A program made the position numbers and the translations under genes. Of a stretch of DNA of 64,000 nucleotides, positions 1 to 12,837 are shown in pieces. Source of the stretch: Kiritimatiellia bacterium (GTDB taxonomy: Bacteria > Verrucomicrobiota > Kiritimatiellia > UBA8416 > JABMPJ01); assembly GCA_030745755.1 (NCBI GenBank), contig JASLOA010000041.1:6515-70514 (forward strand), in the 5' to 3' direction. The stretch's first letter is position 1; each line of letters opens with the position of its first letter. The notes beneath the pieces were generated by a model. The model saw only the letters and a program-made list of their open reading frames with translations. It was not told the origin of the DNA and ran no database searches.

Positions 1-2
1 TG

Positions 3-191
3 GATGAAGTCGCCGCAAGCCGCCCTCCATCGGTCTCTCTTCTCATTGGTCCGGAAGGTGACCTGACCCCCGCCGAAACGGAAGCCGCCACTGCCGTCGG
101 CGCCATCGGTATCAGCATGGGCCCCCTGGTCCTACGCACCGACACCGCCCCTCTCTTTGGCCTGAGTGTCCTGGCCAGCCGTTTGCGCTAA
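3..191 (+). CDS. rsmE: C-terminal fragment of a 16S rRNA (uracil1498-N3)-methyltransferase RsmE-like protein; the 5' end lies outside the window
   Basis: Frame 3 is open from the window edge to TAA at 189-191. The translation LLIGPEGDLTPAETEAATAVGAIGISMGPLVLRTDTAP matches the conserved RsmE C-terminus (LIGPEGGF..E.....G......LG.R.LR.ETA). Confidence 0.55.
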   Translation, partial: DEVAASRPPSVSLLIGPEGDLTPAETEAATAVGAIGISMGPLVLRTDTAPLFGLSVLASRLR

Positions 192-3100
192 CGTTTTGGC
201 GCTGAGGGGAGGAGGCCGGGGAGGGCCATGACGTTTGGTCGTGGGGACTGCAGGTCTTTGCGGATGGCGTTGAAGCGGGCGTCCCTGCCGATAAGGTTCT
301 GGGCTTCGGCGCCGCCCTTGGCGAGGGCGAGCTTGAGCTGGTTGATGGCGCCGGGTTTGTCTCCCGTGCTGAGCTGCATGACGGCCATATCCACGCGCGC
401 CTTCCAGTCGTTCGGAGCCTTCTTGAGATATGTCTCAAGCGCGGGCATGGTTTTGTTCGGTTGCCGGCCCGCCGCGTACATGCGCGCAATGGTCAGGTAG
501 ACGTTCGCCGGTGTGTTGGCGGGCAGCTTGGTACGGCATTGGTCAAGCAGGGCGCCCATCTCCTTGAGGTGTCCGCCCTGCTGGTAGAGCTGTGCTATCT
601 GGAGCTGGTAGTTCGGCGGAAGCCCCTTGTTGCCTGCGATATTGTCCAAGAGCTGCTTGTAGTTGGTCCGCAGCCCGGCCTTGAAGTAGAGACGTGCCAA
701 CTCCAGGGCTTTGCCGATGTCGAGCTTGCCTTGCGGCGCGAGCTTCTGGAGCTCAGCGATCCTGCTGTTCATGCTGTTAATGCTGTTCAGGTGATTCAAG
801 AAGCCCGGGACCTTCTGGTTGTGCGGGTCACGTTGCTGGAAGTCCAGCATGAGATCGCGGGACTCATCGATGCGGCGCTGGCGCAGCAGAACTTCCTGGG
901 TTAGTCGGAAGTTGGCTTCCGGGCTGAGCGGGTAGAGCGTGCGCGCCTGGTGGAAGGCCAACTCGGCATCGTCGAACTTGCCGCGATTGGCATACAGGCC
1001 GGCGATGGCGCTGCGCAGCTTGGAGAATGACTTGCGGGCTACGATGTCGCGACGGAACTTGCTGTCACGGGTGAGACGACGGGTATACCAGTCCCAGAAA
1101 TCCTGGTCGTTGCGAATGGTGGTCGTGTCGAGCGGTGTCTTCTTTGCATTGATCTTCATGATCAGACCGTGGGGAGTGAGATAGGGGTACATCCAGCGGA
1201 TGACATAACTTTCCTCAACGTAGAAGTCATGGCGGTAGTTGTTGTGCTCGAAGATCATCTGGGCCAGGATACCATTGATCTCCATGACGCCCAGCGCGCC
1301 GCTGACCTGCACGCGCCCGTTCTCTATCTTCAAGGCGGCATTCTTGGGGCGTTTACCTGCGTTGACCTCCTCGACGTAGCGCTGGAACGATCGCGCACTG
1401 TCAGGCTCGGCCGGGATCCAGATCTGATCCCCGTACAGGTCACGCGTCACGCTCATGAAGGTGTTGTCCGCCAGGGCGTTCTGCGTAATGAGGTAGACAT
1501 CCTCCCGCACGCGGGCGGAGTAGATCATGTAGGTGGGGACGAATCGTCCGGGGTCCGTGCCGCCGTAGAAGATGGCATTCTGTGTCATCGCGGGCGGAAA
1601 TACCGGGTTGGGAAGAGGCTCCTCATGCGGATCGAGCTCTTCGCTGATGGCCTCGGCCCCGCGTAGCTGGTAGTTGCCGAACTGCCAACCGAAGTCGTGT
1701 CCGTTCTGTTCGGCCCCGCCGTAGGTCCGGATCAGTTCCTTGTTGTAGGCGTTCTCGCGCAGCGGCACGAGGGGCAGGGCACAGGCCACGGCCAGGCTGA
1801 GCCAGACCAGCGGGCGCCCCTTCTTGAAGACGGTGTCGAAGACGGCGAGGCCGCAGATAAGACCGTAGCCGATCCAGAAAGCATAGAGGGCATGCGAGGA
1901 GATGAACTTCACGCGCTGGATGAAGGTGTCCTGGATGTCGCCTTTCGGATTGGCCAGGGCAATCAGCATCAGGCTCATGGCGAGGAATCCGAGCAGCGTG
2001 GCGATGATCCACTTCTGCGTGTGCGGATCGATCGTCATCTGGAACTCGAGTCGGCTGCGACGCATCCAGAGAATGGCGATGGCGGCGACAGTCGGAAGCA
2101 CCATCAGGATCACAATGCCGCCACTCTGTCCGACAATCTCCCAGAGTTGGGCGGCATCCACGGCTGCCCCTGCCTTGCGCAGCGGAGCGGTCACACGTCC
2201 GATACGTGTAGCCAGAATGCCGATAAACCCGAAGTAGGCTCCTATGATTCCCAGCAGTGCGATGCCGATCGTGATGCGCTCGGAGATGGTTGTGGGGACT
2301 TTGCCGCGCAGTTTCTCAATCAGTTCTTCGCCCTGTGTCACAAAGATGGACGCCCCGCCGGCCCCCATAAAGAGAATGATGATACCGATCAGGTACTTGT
2401 CGAGTCGGACCTGGGCCGCGGCCTCCATGCCGATGGCGCCGAAGAGACGCTGCAGAACGACGAGTGCCGTGGCCAGGACGGCCAGGCAGATGGCGGCATA
2501 CATGGCATTGAATCGACGGCCGAACACCTTGACCCGCCATGCCGTGAAGGGGAGGAACCCGATCAGGGCCACTGGCAGGGTAAACTGGCCACGCAGGTCG
2601 GTCAGGTAGGCCCCAAGCTGGTCGATGAACCGGGCCGAGAACATGTCGGCCGGCTTGATGCGCTCATACTGACCGCGTGAGATGGCGTGCTTGAATCCCT
2701 CCCACGTACGCGGGTAGCCCCAGTTCATGGGCGGGTTGCGCAGGTCGGAGACAATCGGCATGTAGATATAGAACCCAATACCGAGTTCCATCAACAGCAG
2801 AGAGATGGCCACGGTGCGGCCGCGCGGAAGCAGGAAGAACGCCAAGAGCAGGATCACGAAATTCCCGACCATGTAGAAGGCGAACGTTTCGTGCGACGGG
2901 TGGATGATGGGCGGCAGAGCGCCTTTGGAGAAGAGCACCTCAAAGATATCACCAATCGAGTCGATGCTGGGCACAGGCTTGGGCAGCGACTCCCAGCGCT
3001 TAATCAGGGCCAGCGCAACCATGTAGGGCGCGCCCGTGATCGCGAAATCACGGAACAGCTTGATGTCGCGCAGGAAGACGGCAAAGACGAGGGGGAGTGC

Positions 3101-3757
3101 GGCAAGGAGAAGTACCTGGTAGTTCGTCAGCCCCAGCCCGAACACGAATGCCGTGAGATAGAGAAACCGGTCACTCGGACGTCGCATCCAGTGGTAGGTG
3201 AGGAGAAATACCCAGACCAGGAAGAAGGCGTTGAGACTGTATACCTCGACAATAACCGACTGGGACCACATGACGGGTGAGAAGGCAAAGAGCAGGCTGG
3301 ACACGACACCGCCGATCCAGCAGATGACATCTTCGGTTTTCTCGCCGGCAGCATGAAGGCTGCCGCGGGAGTCCTTCAGCATTTCGGATCCCGAGCGGCA
3401 GATCAGCATGGCGGTGGCCCCGGTGGCGAGCGCGCCAAAGACAACCGATGCCAGGCCCACACTCCAGGAAGGGTTGGGCTGTCCGCGGAACTGCACGAAC
3501 GAGAAGATGCGCGTGAACAGCCAGCAGATCATGGTCCAGATCGGGTAGCCGGGCGGATGGGGAACGCCGAGTGCATCGGCTGCCACGGCCAGTTCGCCGC
3601 CGTCCTCCAGGGTCACGGTGGGTGCCAGGGTCCAGAGGTAGACCACGAAAGACGCCAGGCAAGCGGTCCAGAACGCACTCCAGTCCAGGCGCCTGAAGAA
3701 TCTCGTCTCCTGCTGTATATCCAAGGAACCGCTCCGTTCAGTAGGTTTCGGCAACAA
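188..3757 (-). CDS. DUF2723-domain polytopic membrane protein (GT-C-like putative glycosyltransferase) with a C-terminal TPR-repeat domain
   Basis: 1189 aa ORF. The N-terminal ~700 aa have many TM helices with DUF2723-type motifs (PPGYPIW, tryptophan-rich loops). The C-terminal ~400 aa contain TPR-like repeats (AQLYQQGGHLKEMGALL, ARMYAAGRQ). It overlaps the rsmE stop by 4 nt. Confidence 0.75.
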   Translation of the reverse strand: MLPKPTERSGSLDIQQETRFFRRLDWSAFWTACLASFVVYLWTLAPTVTLEDGGELAVAADALGVPHPPGYPIWTMICWLFTRIFSFVQFRGQPNPSWSVGLASVVFGALATGATAMLICRSGSEMLKDSRGSLHAAGEKTEDVICWIGGVVSSLLFAFSPVMWSQSVIVEVYSLNAFFLVWVFLLTYHWMRRPSDRFLYLTAFVFGLGLTNYQVLLLAALPLVFAVFLRDIKLFRDFAITGAPYMVALALIKRWESLPKPVPSIDSIGDIFEVLFSKGALPPIIHPSHETFAFYMVGNFVILLLAFFLLPRGRTVAISLLLMELGIGFYIYMPIVSDLRNPPMNWGYPRTWEGFKHAISRGQYERIKPADMFSARFIDQLGAYLTDLRGQFTLPVALIGFLPFTAWRVKVFGRRFNAMYAAICLAVLATALVVLQRLFGAIGMEAAAQVRLDKYLIGIIILFMGAGGASIFVTQGEELIEKLRGKVPTTISERITIGIALLGIIGAYFGFIGILATRIGRVTAPLRKAGAAVDAAQLWEIVGQSGGIVILMVLPTVAAIAILWMRRSRLEFQMTIDPHTQKWIIATLLGFLAMSLMLIALANPKGDIQDTFIQRVKFISSHALYAFWIGYGLICGLAVFDTVFKKGRPLVWLSLAVACALPLVPLRENAYNKELIRTYGGAEQNGHDFGWQFGNYQLRGAEAISEELDPHEEPLPNPVFPPAMTQNAIFYGGTDPGRFVPTYMIYSARVREDVYLITQNALADNTFMSVTRDLYGDQIWIPAEPDSARSFQRYVEEVNAGKRPKNAALKIENGRVQVSGALGVMEINGILAQMIFEHNNYRHDFYVEESYVIRWMYPYLTPHGLIMKINAKKTPLDTTTIRNDQDFWDWYTRRLTRDSKFRRDIVARKSFSKLRSAIAGLYANRGKFDDAELAFHQARTLYPLSPEANFRLTQEVLLRQRRIDESRDLMLDFQQRDPHNQKVPGFLNHLNSINSMNSRIAELQKLAPQGKLDIGKALELARLYFKAGLRTNYKQLLDNIAGNKGLPPNYQLQIAQLYQQGGHLKEMGALLDQCRTKLPANTPANVYLTIARMYAAGRQPNKTMPALETYLKKAPNDWKARVDMAVMQLSTGDKPGAINQLKLALAKGGAEAQNLIGRDARFNAIRKDLQSPRPNVMALPGLLPSAPKR

Positions 3758-3790
3758 ACACTAAAGTATGCCGAAAGGCCACGAGGGGTG

Positions 3791-4720
3791 TCAATGTCGC
3801 AGCAGGCAGATGATCGCCACGGTCAAGCCATAGAGCACGATGTTGACAAGGATAGGGATGTCTGTGAGGAGGATCTTCTCGGGCCGCCCGCCCTCGCTGT
3901 GCCGGTAGACAAGGTCCATGTAGCGAAAGATGCCGAAGATGACAAAGGGGATCGTGAAGCCCAGCGCGGCCGTCCCGAACTTTGCCTCGGTTTCCGGCCA
4001 CAATGTGTAGATTGAATAGCACACGATGGTGGTGGCGGCGATGATGGCAATCAGGAGATCCAACAGGTGGGCGTCGTAGTGCATGAGATTGCGACGATGT
4101 ACCTCAGGTTCCTCGACGCCGGAGAGCAGTTTCTCGTGACGCCGCTTGCAGAGCGCCAGGAACATGGCGAGCAGGAAGGTGCACAGCAGCAGCCAGGGCG
4201 AGATGGTGACATCGTTCAGGACCACGGCCCCGGCAATGGCCCGCATCACGAAGCCCGCGGCAATGATCATGGTATCAAGCAGTGCAATCTGCTTGAGGTA
4301 TATGGTGTAGGCAAGCTGCATGAGAACGTAGCTGCACAGGACAACCGAGAATGGGGCCGACAGGAAATAGGCACCGAGCAATCCCCCGGCCAGGAGTATC
4401 CATCCAAGGATCAGTGCTGTCACCGGCGGGATTCGCCCGGATGCGATGGGGCGGTTGCGCTTGACGGGGTGATGCCTGTCCGCATCGCAGTCGCTCAGAT
4501 CGTTGAAGACATAGACGCCGCTCGATACGATGCAAAAGAGCAGAAACGCCGGTATGACACGATCAAGGTCACGCAGCTCCAGTGGTGTGAGGCGCATACG
4601 ATCCCAGTAGGCGAAGAAGAAGGCGGCGCCCACCAGGCCGTTCTTGGTCCACTGCTGCGGCCGGAGCGCGCGGAGCAGATCAAGGAAGAGCGATGGTCGA
4701 GATGAATCCGTGTTGCTCAT
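3791..4720 (-). CDS. UbiA-family prenyltransferase, decaprenyl-phosphate phosphoribosyltransferase (DPPR synthase)-like
   Basis: The NDLSDCDADRHHPVKRNRPIASG motif (NDxxDxxxD) and about 8 TM helices are present. The likely start is MSNTDSS at 4720, overlapping the upstream GT2 gene stop by 4 nt; the ORF-track start at 4786 would overlap that gene extensively. Confidence 0.75.
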   Translation of the reverse strand: MSNTDSSRPSLFLDLLRALRPQQWTKNGLVGAAFFFAYWDRMRLTPLELRDLDRVIPAFLLFCIVSSGVYVFNDLSDCDADRHHPVKRNRPIASGRIPPVTALILGWILLAGGLLGAYFLSAPFSVVLCSYVLMQLAYTIYLKQIALLDTMIIAAGFVMRAIAGAVVLNDVTISPWLLLCTFLLAMFLALCKRRHEKLLSGVEEPEVHRRNLMHYDAHLLDLLIAIIAATTIVCYSIYTLWPETEAKFGTAALGFTIPFVIFGIFRYMDLVYRHSEGGRPEKILLTDIPILVNIVLYGLTVAIICLLRH

Positions 4721-5454
4721 GATTCGGGGGTGGAGCAGGGTCGGCGCCGGAACCCGTACCGGAACGCCAGTTTCCAAACCAGCCACAGTGCTTCACTGAA
4801 GATGACGCTACTCATCTTCGAGTAGCCGACACGCCGGTCGGCAAACGTGATGGGCACTTCGGCAATGCGGAAGCCCTTCAGCCAGGCCGTGTGTGTCATC
4901 TCGACCTGGAAGGAGTAGCCGTTGGAGATGATCAGGTCAAGATCGATCGCCGCCAGTACGCGCCGGCGATAGCACTTGAAGCCCCCGGTGGGATCCGTGG
5001 CCGGCATGCCCGTGATGATGTGCACGTAGAGTGCGGCGCCCTTGCTGAGCATCAGGCGGCGCAGGGGCCAGTTGGTGATGCGAATGCCGTCCACGTAACG
5101 TGACCCCAGAACCAGGTCCGCATTCTCGGCTGCGGCAATAAAGTGGGGTATTTCGGCTGGATCGTGCGAGAAGTCGGCATCCATTTCGAAGATCAGCTCG
5201 TAGTCGCGCTGAAGGGCCCACTTGAATCCGGTGATATAGGCCCGGCCAAGGCCGGCCTTGCCGGTCTTGTGAATCACGTGGATGCGCTCATCCGCGTCAC
5301 ACAGTTCATCGATGACCTTGCCGGTGCCATCCGGGGAGTTGTCATCCACAAAGAGAATGTCGACATCCGGTTGCACGCTGAAGACCGCTTCGGAGATAGG
5401 CCGAACGTTGTCGCATTCGTCATAGGTCGGAATGATAATGAGGGTGGAGTTCAT
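4717..5454 (-). CDS. GT2-family polyprenol-monophosphate sugar synthase (dolichol-phosphate mannosyltransferase-like)
   Basis: IIPTYDECDN...VDDNSPDGT...FEMDADFSHDP are classic Dpm1/Ppm1 GT-A motifs. The gene is translationally coupled to its neighbours on both sides. Confidence 0.85.
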   Translation of the reverse strand: MNSTLIIIPTYDECDNVRPISEAVFSVQPDVDILFVDDNSPDGTGKVIDELCDADERIHVIHKTGKAGLGRAYITGFKWALQRDYELIFEMDADFSHDPAEIPHFIAAAENADLVLGSRYVDGIRITNWPLRRLMLSKGAALYVHIITGMPATDPTGGFKCYRRRVLAAIDLDLIISNGYSFQVEMTHTAWLKGFRIAEVPITFADRRVGYSKMSSVIFSEALWLVWKLAFRYGFRRRPCSTPES

Positions 5455-6887
5455 GCTCTACTTGCTCTTGCCTTTTTTGCTGCAGGTTTCTCCCGAACGG
5501 AGACATCGCTGTACTCCTTGCCGAACTCACCCACGTAGAGTGCGCGCGGACGGAAGATCCTGTTCTTCTTGAGGTATTCGTGCACACGCGCGGTCCATCC
5601 CGCTACACGACTGACCGCGAAGACGGGTGTAAACATGTTGCGGTGGATGCCCATCGACTTGTAGATAATGCCGGAGTAGAAGTCCACATTCGGGAAGATT
5701 CCCTTCTCCTTGCCCAGCGTTGCCACGACACGCTTCTCCAGTCTGCGCGCGATCCGCAACAACAGGGCGGCATCCTTGTCATGCTTGGCGACATATCCGG
5801 CCAGGGGCCCCAGGATACGGGCGCGCGGATCGTAGGTCTTGTAGACGCGATGACCCATGCCCGTGATCTTCTTCTTGCGGCGCATAGCCTTCTCGAACCA
5901 CTCATCCACGTTATCGGGATGTCCGATTTTCTCAAGCATGACCAGCACGGCTTCGTTGGCGCCACCGTGGAGCGGGCCGCTCAGCGCGGCGATACCGGAG
6001 CCGATCGAAAAGTAGACATCGGACAGGGTCGAGGCTACCACCATCGAGGCAAACGTGCTGGCGTTCATGCCGTGGTCCGCATGGAGGATCAGCGCGATAT
6101 CCATGATGCGCTCCTGTTCCGCGGTGGGACGCTTGCCGGTCATCATGTAGAGGAAATTCGCGGCGTGACCCAGTTCAGGATCGGGCTCTATCGGCAACCG
6201 GTGTTCGCGAACGCGCGCCACGGCAGCCGAAATGGTGGCCAGTCCGGAGATCAGATGAATACAGGCGGCCCGGCCGGCTGCATCTGTGGTGCCGACGGGT
6301 ACTTCGGCAGGCCTCTCGGCCTTGGCCTTCTTGAACTCGTAGATGGCCTTCTCTTCACCCTTCGGCAGCGTTTCCATGGGGATGGAGTCTTCGTCTGCAG
6401 CGATGGCCCGGACCGATTTCGGCCGAGCGGCGTCACTGTCCTGCCACGTGAGACGCTGACGCATCAGGTTGGTGCCCAAGCGGAGACAGGCCATGGGGTG
6501 CATCTGCTCGAGGGGAAATCCCATCAGCATACGCAGGGTGTGGGGAAGGGAGCGTGCGGCCAGCAGTTTGGCCTTGAACGACTCGAGCTGTTTCTCAGTG
6601 GGGAGGCGTCCGTAGAGGAGAAGATAGGAGACCTCCTCAAATGTTGAGTAGGCGCACAGGTCAAAGATGTCATAGCCGCAATAGGTCAGCTCACCCCGCG
6701 TCCCGTTTACGAACCCGATTTTGGTCTCGCAGGCGATGGCGCCTTCTAGGCCGGGGCCCACGGTACAGTCAAGCGGCCAGTTGATACGGCTGATGGTCTT
6801 GGCTTCGGGTGTGTCCTGCGTCTCGCGGCGTGCCTTGCGGGCCGCCTTGAGTACGATTTCGGTGATCTTCTCGGTTTCTCTGTGCAT
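5451..6887 (-). CDS. gltA: citrate synthase
   Basis: HGGANEAVLVMLEKIG and the GMGHRVYKTYDPRA signature are present. I prefer the start at MHRETEK (6887), which has an AGGA upstream; MQMQG at 6938 is an alternative. The stop overlaps the GT2 start by 4 nt. Confidence 0.85.
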   Translation of the reverse strand: MHRETEKITEIVLKAARKARRETQDTPEAKTISRINWPLDCTVGPGLEGAIACETKIGFVNGTRGELTYCGYDIFDLCAYSTFEEVSYLLLYGRLPTEKQLESFKAKLLAARSLPHTLRMLMGFPLEQMHPMACLRLGTNLMRQRLTWQDSDAARPKSVRAIAADEDSIPMETLPKGEEKAIYEFKKAKAERPAEVPVGTTDAAGRAACIHLISGLATISAAVARVREHRLPIEPDPELGHAANFLYMMTGKRPTAEQERIMDIALILHADHGMNASTFASMVVASTLSDVYFSIGSGIAALSGPLHGGANEAVLVMLEKIGHPDNVDEWFEKAMRRKKKITGMGHRVYKTYDPRARILGPLAGYVAKHDKDAALLLRIARRLEKRVVATLGKEKGIFPNVDFYSGIIYKSMGIHRNMFTPVFAVSRVAGWTARVHEYLKKNRIFRPRALYVGEFGKEYSDVSVREKPAAKKARASRA

Positions 6888-6981
6888 AGTGGTTATTCCT
6901 GAAAATGAAACGCTATCACGGGTGCCCTGCATCTGCAACCCAGATGTCGTCAGGCGCCGTCAGGTGTGGGCCGCCAGGCGG

Positions 6982-7986
6982 TCATGTTGCCGTGGCGCCG
7001 GCATCGCCAGGGACCACCTTGCCGTGGGTGGCGATGTAGATCATGTAGACGACTCCGCCAATCAGGCTCCAAAACAGAACGGCGCCGTAGACCAGCAGTG
7101 AGAGTGGAACGGCGCGGGTCTCGGCTACACCGAGTACGCCGAGCAGAAACTTGGCAGCCGCTTCGCGTGTGCCCAGCCCGCCCGGTGTGGCCGGAATCGC
7201 CGCCACGGCGTTGATCACGGGGAAGACGGTGAGGTAGTTCCAGAAGTTCAGTGTGATGTCGAGTGCACGCCCCAGGAAGTAGGCGCATCCCACAAGTAGG
7301 ACGTGGTTGCTGATCGATAGCACCAGGGCTTTGGCCAGGAGGACGGGCTCCTTTATGATGCCGTGGGCCGTGGTGTAGGCTTTCGTAATGATCTTGCCCA
7401 GTGCGGTGCGTTCCTCCAGACGCTTGAAGAAGCTCCAGCGTTCCATCCAGTTGTGACCGAAAGTCATGGCAAGAAATCCGATCATACCACCCAAGAGGCA
7501 GCCGAAGAAAACAAGCGACCAGCGCGTGGCTTCGTGCTCGAGAAAGAAGGGCAGCTTGATCAGCATGATGGTGACAGTGAGAATGACCAGCCCGGCCAGT
7601 CCAATCAGGCGGTCCAGGGCAACGGTCGAAACGGCTTCGGTCTTGTGGCCGGGGATCTCGCGCGTGACGAACCACGCCTTGACCACGTCGCCCCCAGTGG
7701 CTCCGAAGAGGAATGCGTTGAAGAAATGCCCCACAAAGTAGAGTTGCAGTGTTTTGAGTATGGGCAGGTGCAGGCCCCGGGCATCAAGCAACAGCTTCCA
7801 GCGCAGCGTGCAGAGCAGCAGGCAGATCCCGAACCCTCCGATACCGAGCACCAGCATAGGCCACTGCCGTGCCGCGGCCTGGAGGGCTTCGACCATGTCG
7901 GCCTTGTTATCCATCCGCGCAAAGATGAATACGATCAAGCCGATGCCAATCAGTAGCTGAACAAGCGATATAAGTTTCTTCTTCAT
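6982..7986 (-). CDS. UPF0104 / lysylphosphatidylglycerol-synthase-TM-region family membrane protein (flippase-like)
   Basis: 334 aa with 8 predicted TM helices and the TIGR00374-like pattern (..GG.GTREAA...LLGVLG..). Members of this family often sit next to glycosyltransferases. Confidence 0.65.
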   Translation of the reverse strand: MKKKLISLVQLLIGIGLIVFIFARMDNKADMVEALQAAARQWPMLVLGIGGFGICLLLCTLRWKLLLDARGLHLPILKTLQLYFVGHFFNAFLFGATGGDVVKAWFVTREIPGHKTEAVSTVALDRLIGLAGLVILTVTIMLIKLPFFLEHEATRWSLVFFGCLLGGMIGFLAMTFGHNWMERWSFFKRLEERTALGKIITKAYTTAHGIIKEPVLLAKALVLSISNHVLLVGCAYFLGRALDITLNFWNYLTVFPVINAVAAIPATPGGLGTREAAAKFLLGVLGVAETRAVPLSLLVYGAVLFWSLIGGVVYMIYIATHGKVVPGDAGATAT

Positions 7987-7997
7987 GTGAGGTCCTG

Positions 7998-10836
<2,839 letters not shown>

Positions 10837-10845
10837 TGTATATAG

Positions 10846-10877
10846 GGAAGGCTCCCCGACAGATGCTGCCGGGGAGC
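10846..10877. terminator. 9-bp GC stem hairpin (GGCTCCCCG / CGGGGAGCC) between rpsU and the downstream glycan operon; possible attenuator or terminator
   Basis: Seen directly in the sequence. There is no strong U-tract, so it is more likely a partial terminator or processing site than a strict intrinsic terminator. Confidence 0.35.
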
Positions 10878-10904
10878 CCGTTTGAAGTCGTAGTGTAGAA
10901 GCGT

Positions 10905-11087
10905 CTAGGCCTGCGCGGCCCGGGAACGGGCGCGTGCAGATTTCTTGCGCTTCTTCTCGCTTGGTTTCTCAAAGTAGCGGTTCGCGCGAAGCTGCTTCAT
11001 GGTGCCTTCTTTGTCCATGACCTTCTTCAGTCGCTTCAGCGCCTTCTCGACGGGTTCTCCCCGTTTAACTTTTACTTGCATTGCCAT
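10905..11087 (-). CDS. rpsU: 30S ribosomal protein S21
   Basis: MAMQVKVKRGEPVEKALKRLKK...RANRYFEKPSEKKRKK is the classic S21 sequence. Confidence 0.9.
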   Translation of the reverse strand: MAMQVKVKRGEPVEKALKRLKKVMDKEGTMKQLRANRYFEKPSEKKRKKSARARSRAAQA

Positions 11088-11243
11088 AGCTGTTTAGTAT
11101 CACGCTCCCTTCCAGACCAGAACCCTGCTTGCTGTCAAAATGGGTCCTTCGGTCAAAAACGGCCGACATCATGTACACATTCGCCCTGAAGGTCAATAGA
11201 GAACAACGCGCCCGGGCCACACAGTTTTCGATGTGTGATGTAT

Positions 11244-11332
11244 AGGAGATCCCTCGGCTTCGCTCGGGATGACGGTCTCGGAATCACCAGTCTTCTGAGA
11301 ACTTGTCATGCTGAGCTTGTCGAAGCATCTCA
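11244..11332. repeat. MITE/REP-like palindromic element, family 1, copy 1 (arms in reverse-then-forward order)
   Basis: GGAGATCCCTCGGCTTCGCTCGGGATGAC ... TGTCATGCTGAGCTTGTCGAAGCATCTC. Confidence 0.8.
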
Positions 11333-11398
11333 TCTGACCCATTGCGATGGCCTGGGCAACCACCCAAGAAGGGCGAACACTCGTCCTTCGTCCGTTCC

Positions 11399-12703
11399 TT
11401 ACGGCCGGCCTACGGAATGGTAGGTGAAGCCTTGTGCATCCATGGCCTGTGCGTCGAACACGTTGCGGCCGTCCACCACGATGGGACAGCGCATGCTGTC
11501 TTTGAGGGCCGCAAGGTCCAGTTCCCGGATCTCCGGCCAGTCGGTCAGGATCAGGAGCACGTCGGCATCCTTCGCGCACTCGAGCAGATCATCATTGTAA
11601 TCCAGGCCGGGAAACTCCTCGTTGAACTTCTCGCGGGCAATGGGGTCCCACAGGCAGAGTGAGGCCTTCTGTTCCTGGAGCTGCGGAACGAAGTAGAGCG
11701 AGGGAGATTCACGGATGTCATCCGTGCCCGGTTTGAAGGCAAGGCCAAAGATGGCGACGCGCTTGTTCTGCAGCACCCACATCTCCTGCTTGAGTTTGCG
11801 CATGACATGCTCGCGCTGCTGCTTGTTGATGCTCTGTACCTCTTTGAGCAGATCAAGTCTATAGCCGACCTCGTCGCCCATGCGTACAAAGGCATCCACA
11901 TCTTTCGGGAAGCAGGAGCCGCCGTAACCCACGCCGGCCTTCAGGAAATGCTCGCCGATACGGGCATCAAGGCCCATGCCGTGCGCCACCTGCGTGATGT
12001 CCGCGCCGGTCAGTTCACAGATCCGGCTCACGGCGTTGATGAAGGAAATCTTCATGGCCAGGAATGAATTCGAGGCGTGCTTGGTCAGTTCGGCGCTGGC
12101 GATGTCCATCTGCAGGTACTCGCAGCCACTCTTCTCGACGATCGGCGCATAGATCTCGCGCAAGAGATCGCCGGCACGGTCGCTTTCCACACCCACGACC
12201 ACGCGATCGGGCTTGAATGCATCCTTGATGGCTGTGCCTTCGCGCAGGAACTCCGGGTTGGAAGCGATATCGAACGGGATGTCAGCCTTGAGGTACTTGT
12301 TCATAGTCCGCGTGAGCTGCTCGTTCGTATTGACGATCACCGTGCTCTTTTCCACCAGCAGACGGTAGGAGGTCATATGCTCGGCCACTTCACGCCCGAC
12401 GCTTTCAACGTAGGACATGTTGGCCTCGCCCTGGTAGCCCGGGGGGGTGCCGACGGCGATGAAGATGACCTCGGCGAAGGCCGTGCCTTCGGCCACAGAC
12501 GTGGAGAACTTCAGACGGCCGGCTTTGACGTTGGCCAGAACCATCTCTTCGAGGCCCTCTTCATAGATCGGCATGATGCCGCTCTCAAGCTTATCGATCT
12601 TGGAGGTGTCGTTATCAACACAGAGCACGTCATGCCCAATCTCGGCAAACGTAGTTCCTGTGACCAGGCCTACATAGCCGGTTCCAACAATGGTAATCTT
12701 CAT
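11399..12703 (-). CDS. ugd: UDP-glucose 6-dehydrogenase (nucleotide-sugar dehydrogenase)
   Basis: MKITIVGTGYVGLVTG...GGSCFPKD is the hallmark UDP-glucose/GDP-mannose dehydrogenase motif set. Confidence 0.9.
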   Translation of the reverse strand: MKITIVGTGYVGLVTGTTFAEIGHDVLCVDNDTSKIDKLESGIMPIYEEGLEEMVLANVKAGRLKFSTSVAEGTAFAEVIFIAVGTPPGYQGEANMSYVESVGREVAEHMTSYRLLVEKSTVIVNTNEQLTRTMNKYLKADIPFDIASNPEFLREGTAIKDAFKPDRVVVGVESDRAGDLLREIYAPIVEKSGCEYLQMDIASAELTKHASNSFLAMKISFINAVSRICELTGADITQVAHGMGLDARIGEHFLKAGVGYGGSCFPKDVDAFVRMGDEVGYRLDLLKEVQSINKQQREHVMRKLKQEMWVLQNKRVAIFGLAFKPGTDDIRESPSLYFVPQLQEQKASLCLWDPIAREKFNEEFPGLDYNDDLLECAKDADVLLILTDWPEIRELDLAALKDSMRCPIVVDGRNVFDAQAMDAQGFTYHSVGRP

Positions 12704-12791
12704 GGTGTAGTCTTCCTTCTTCGTGTTTCTGTGGACGGCCCGCTCGGAGATCGGGCCCTACCAGCTCTTCGGCGAGGCTGCGTCCTCGGTC

Positions 12792-12823
12792 GGGGTAGGG
12801 CGAGCCGTCCCGGCGAGCCGCGC
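12792..12823. repeat. family-2 GC-rich repeat (GGGGTAGGGCGAGCCGTCCCGGCGAGCCGCGCG), single arm
   Basis: Matches the copies at 14082-14111, 26939-26967 (with an inverted partner at 26882-26908) and the 20642-20670 / 20750-20779 pair. Confidence 0.7.
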
Positions 12824-12837
12824 GTTGGTCAACAAGG

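Noticed and set aside
1697-2680. 327-aa plus-strand ORF and several others (112-489, 461-904, 1169-1666, 2687-3280) inside the DUF2723 gene region
   Set aside because: These are out-of-frame or antisense shadows of the 1189-aa minus-strand membrane-protein gene. Their translations are D/E/G/R-rich, with no motifs and no RBS.
11193-11579. ORFs whose translations contain VIPSEAEGS, HSERSRGIS or IPRQARDD (also 16456-16827, 28892-29374, 39274-39789, 41669-41986)
   Set aside because: These peptides are translations of the family-1 palindromic repeat arms. The ORFs run through intergenic MITE copies and into neighbouring genes on the wrong strand.
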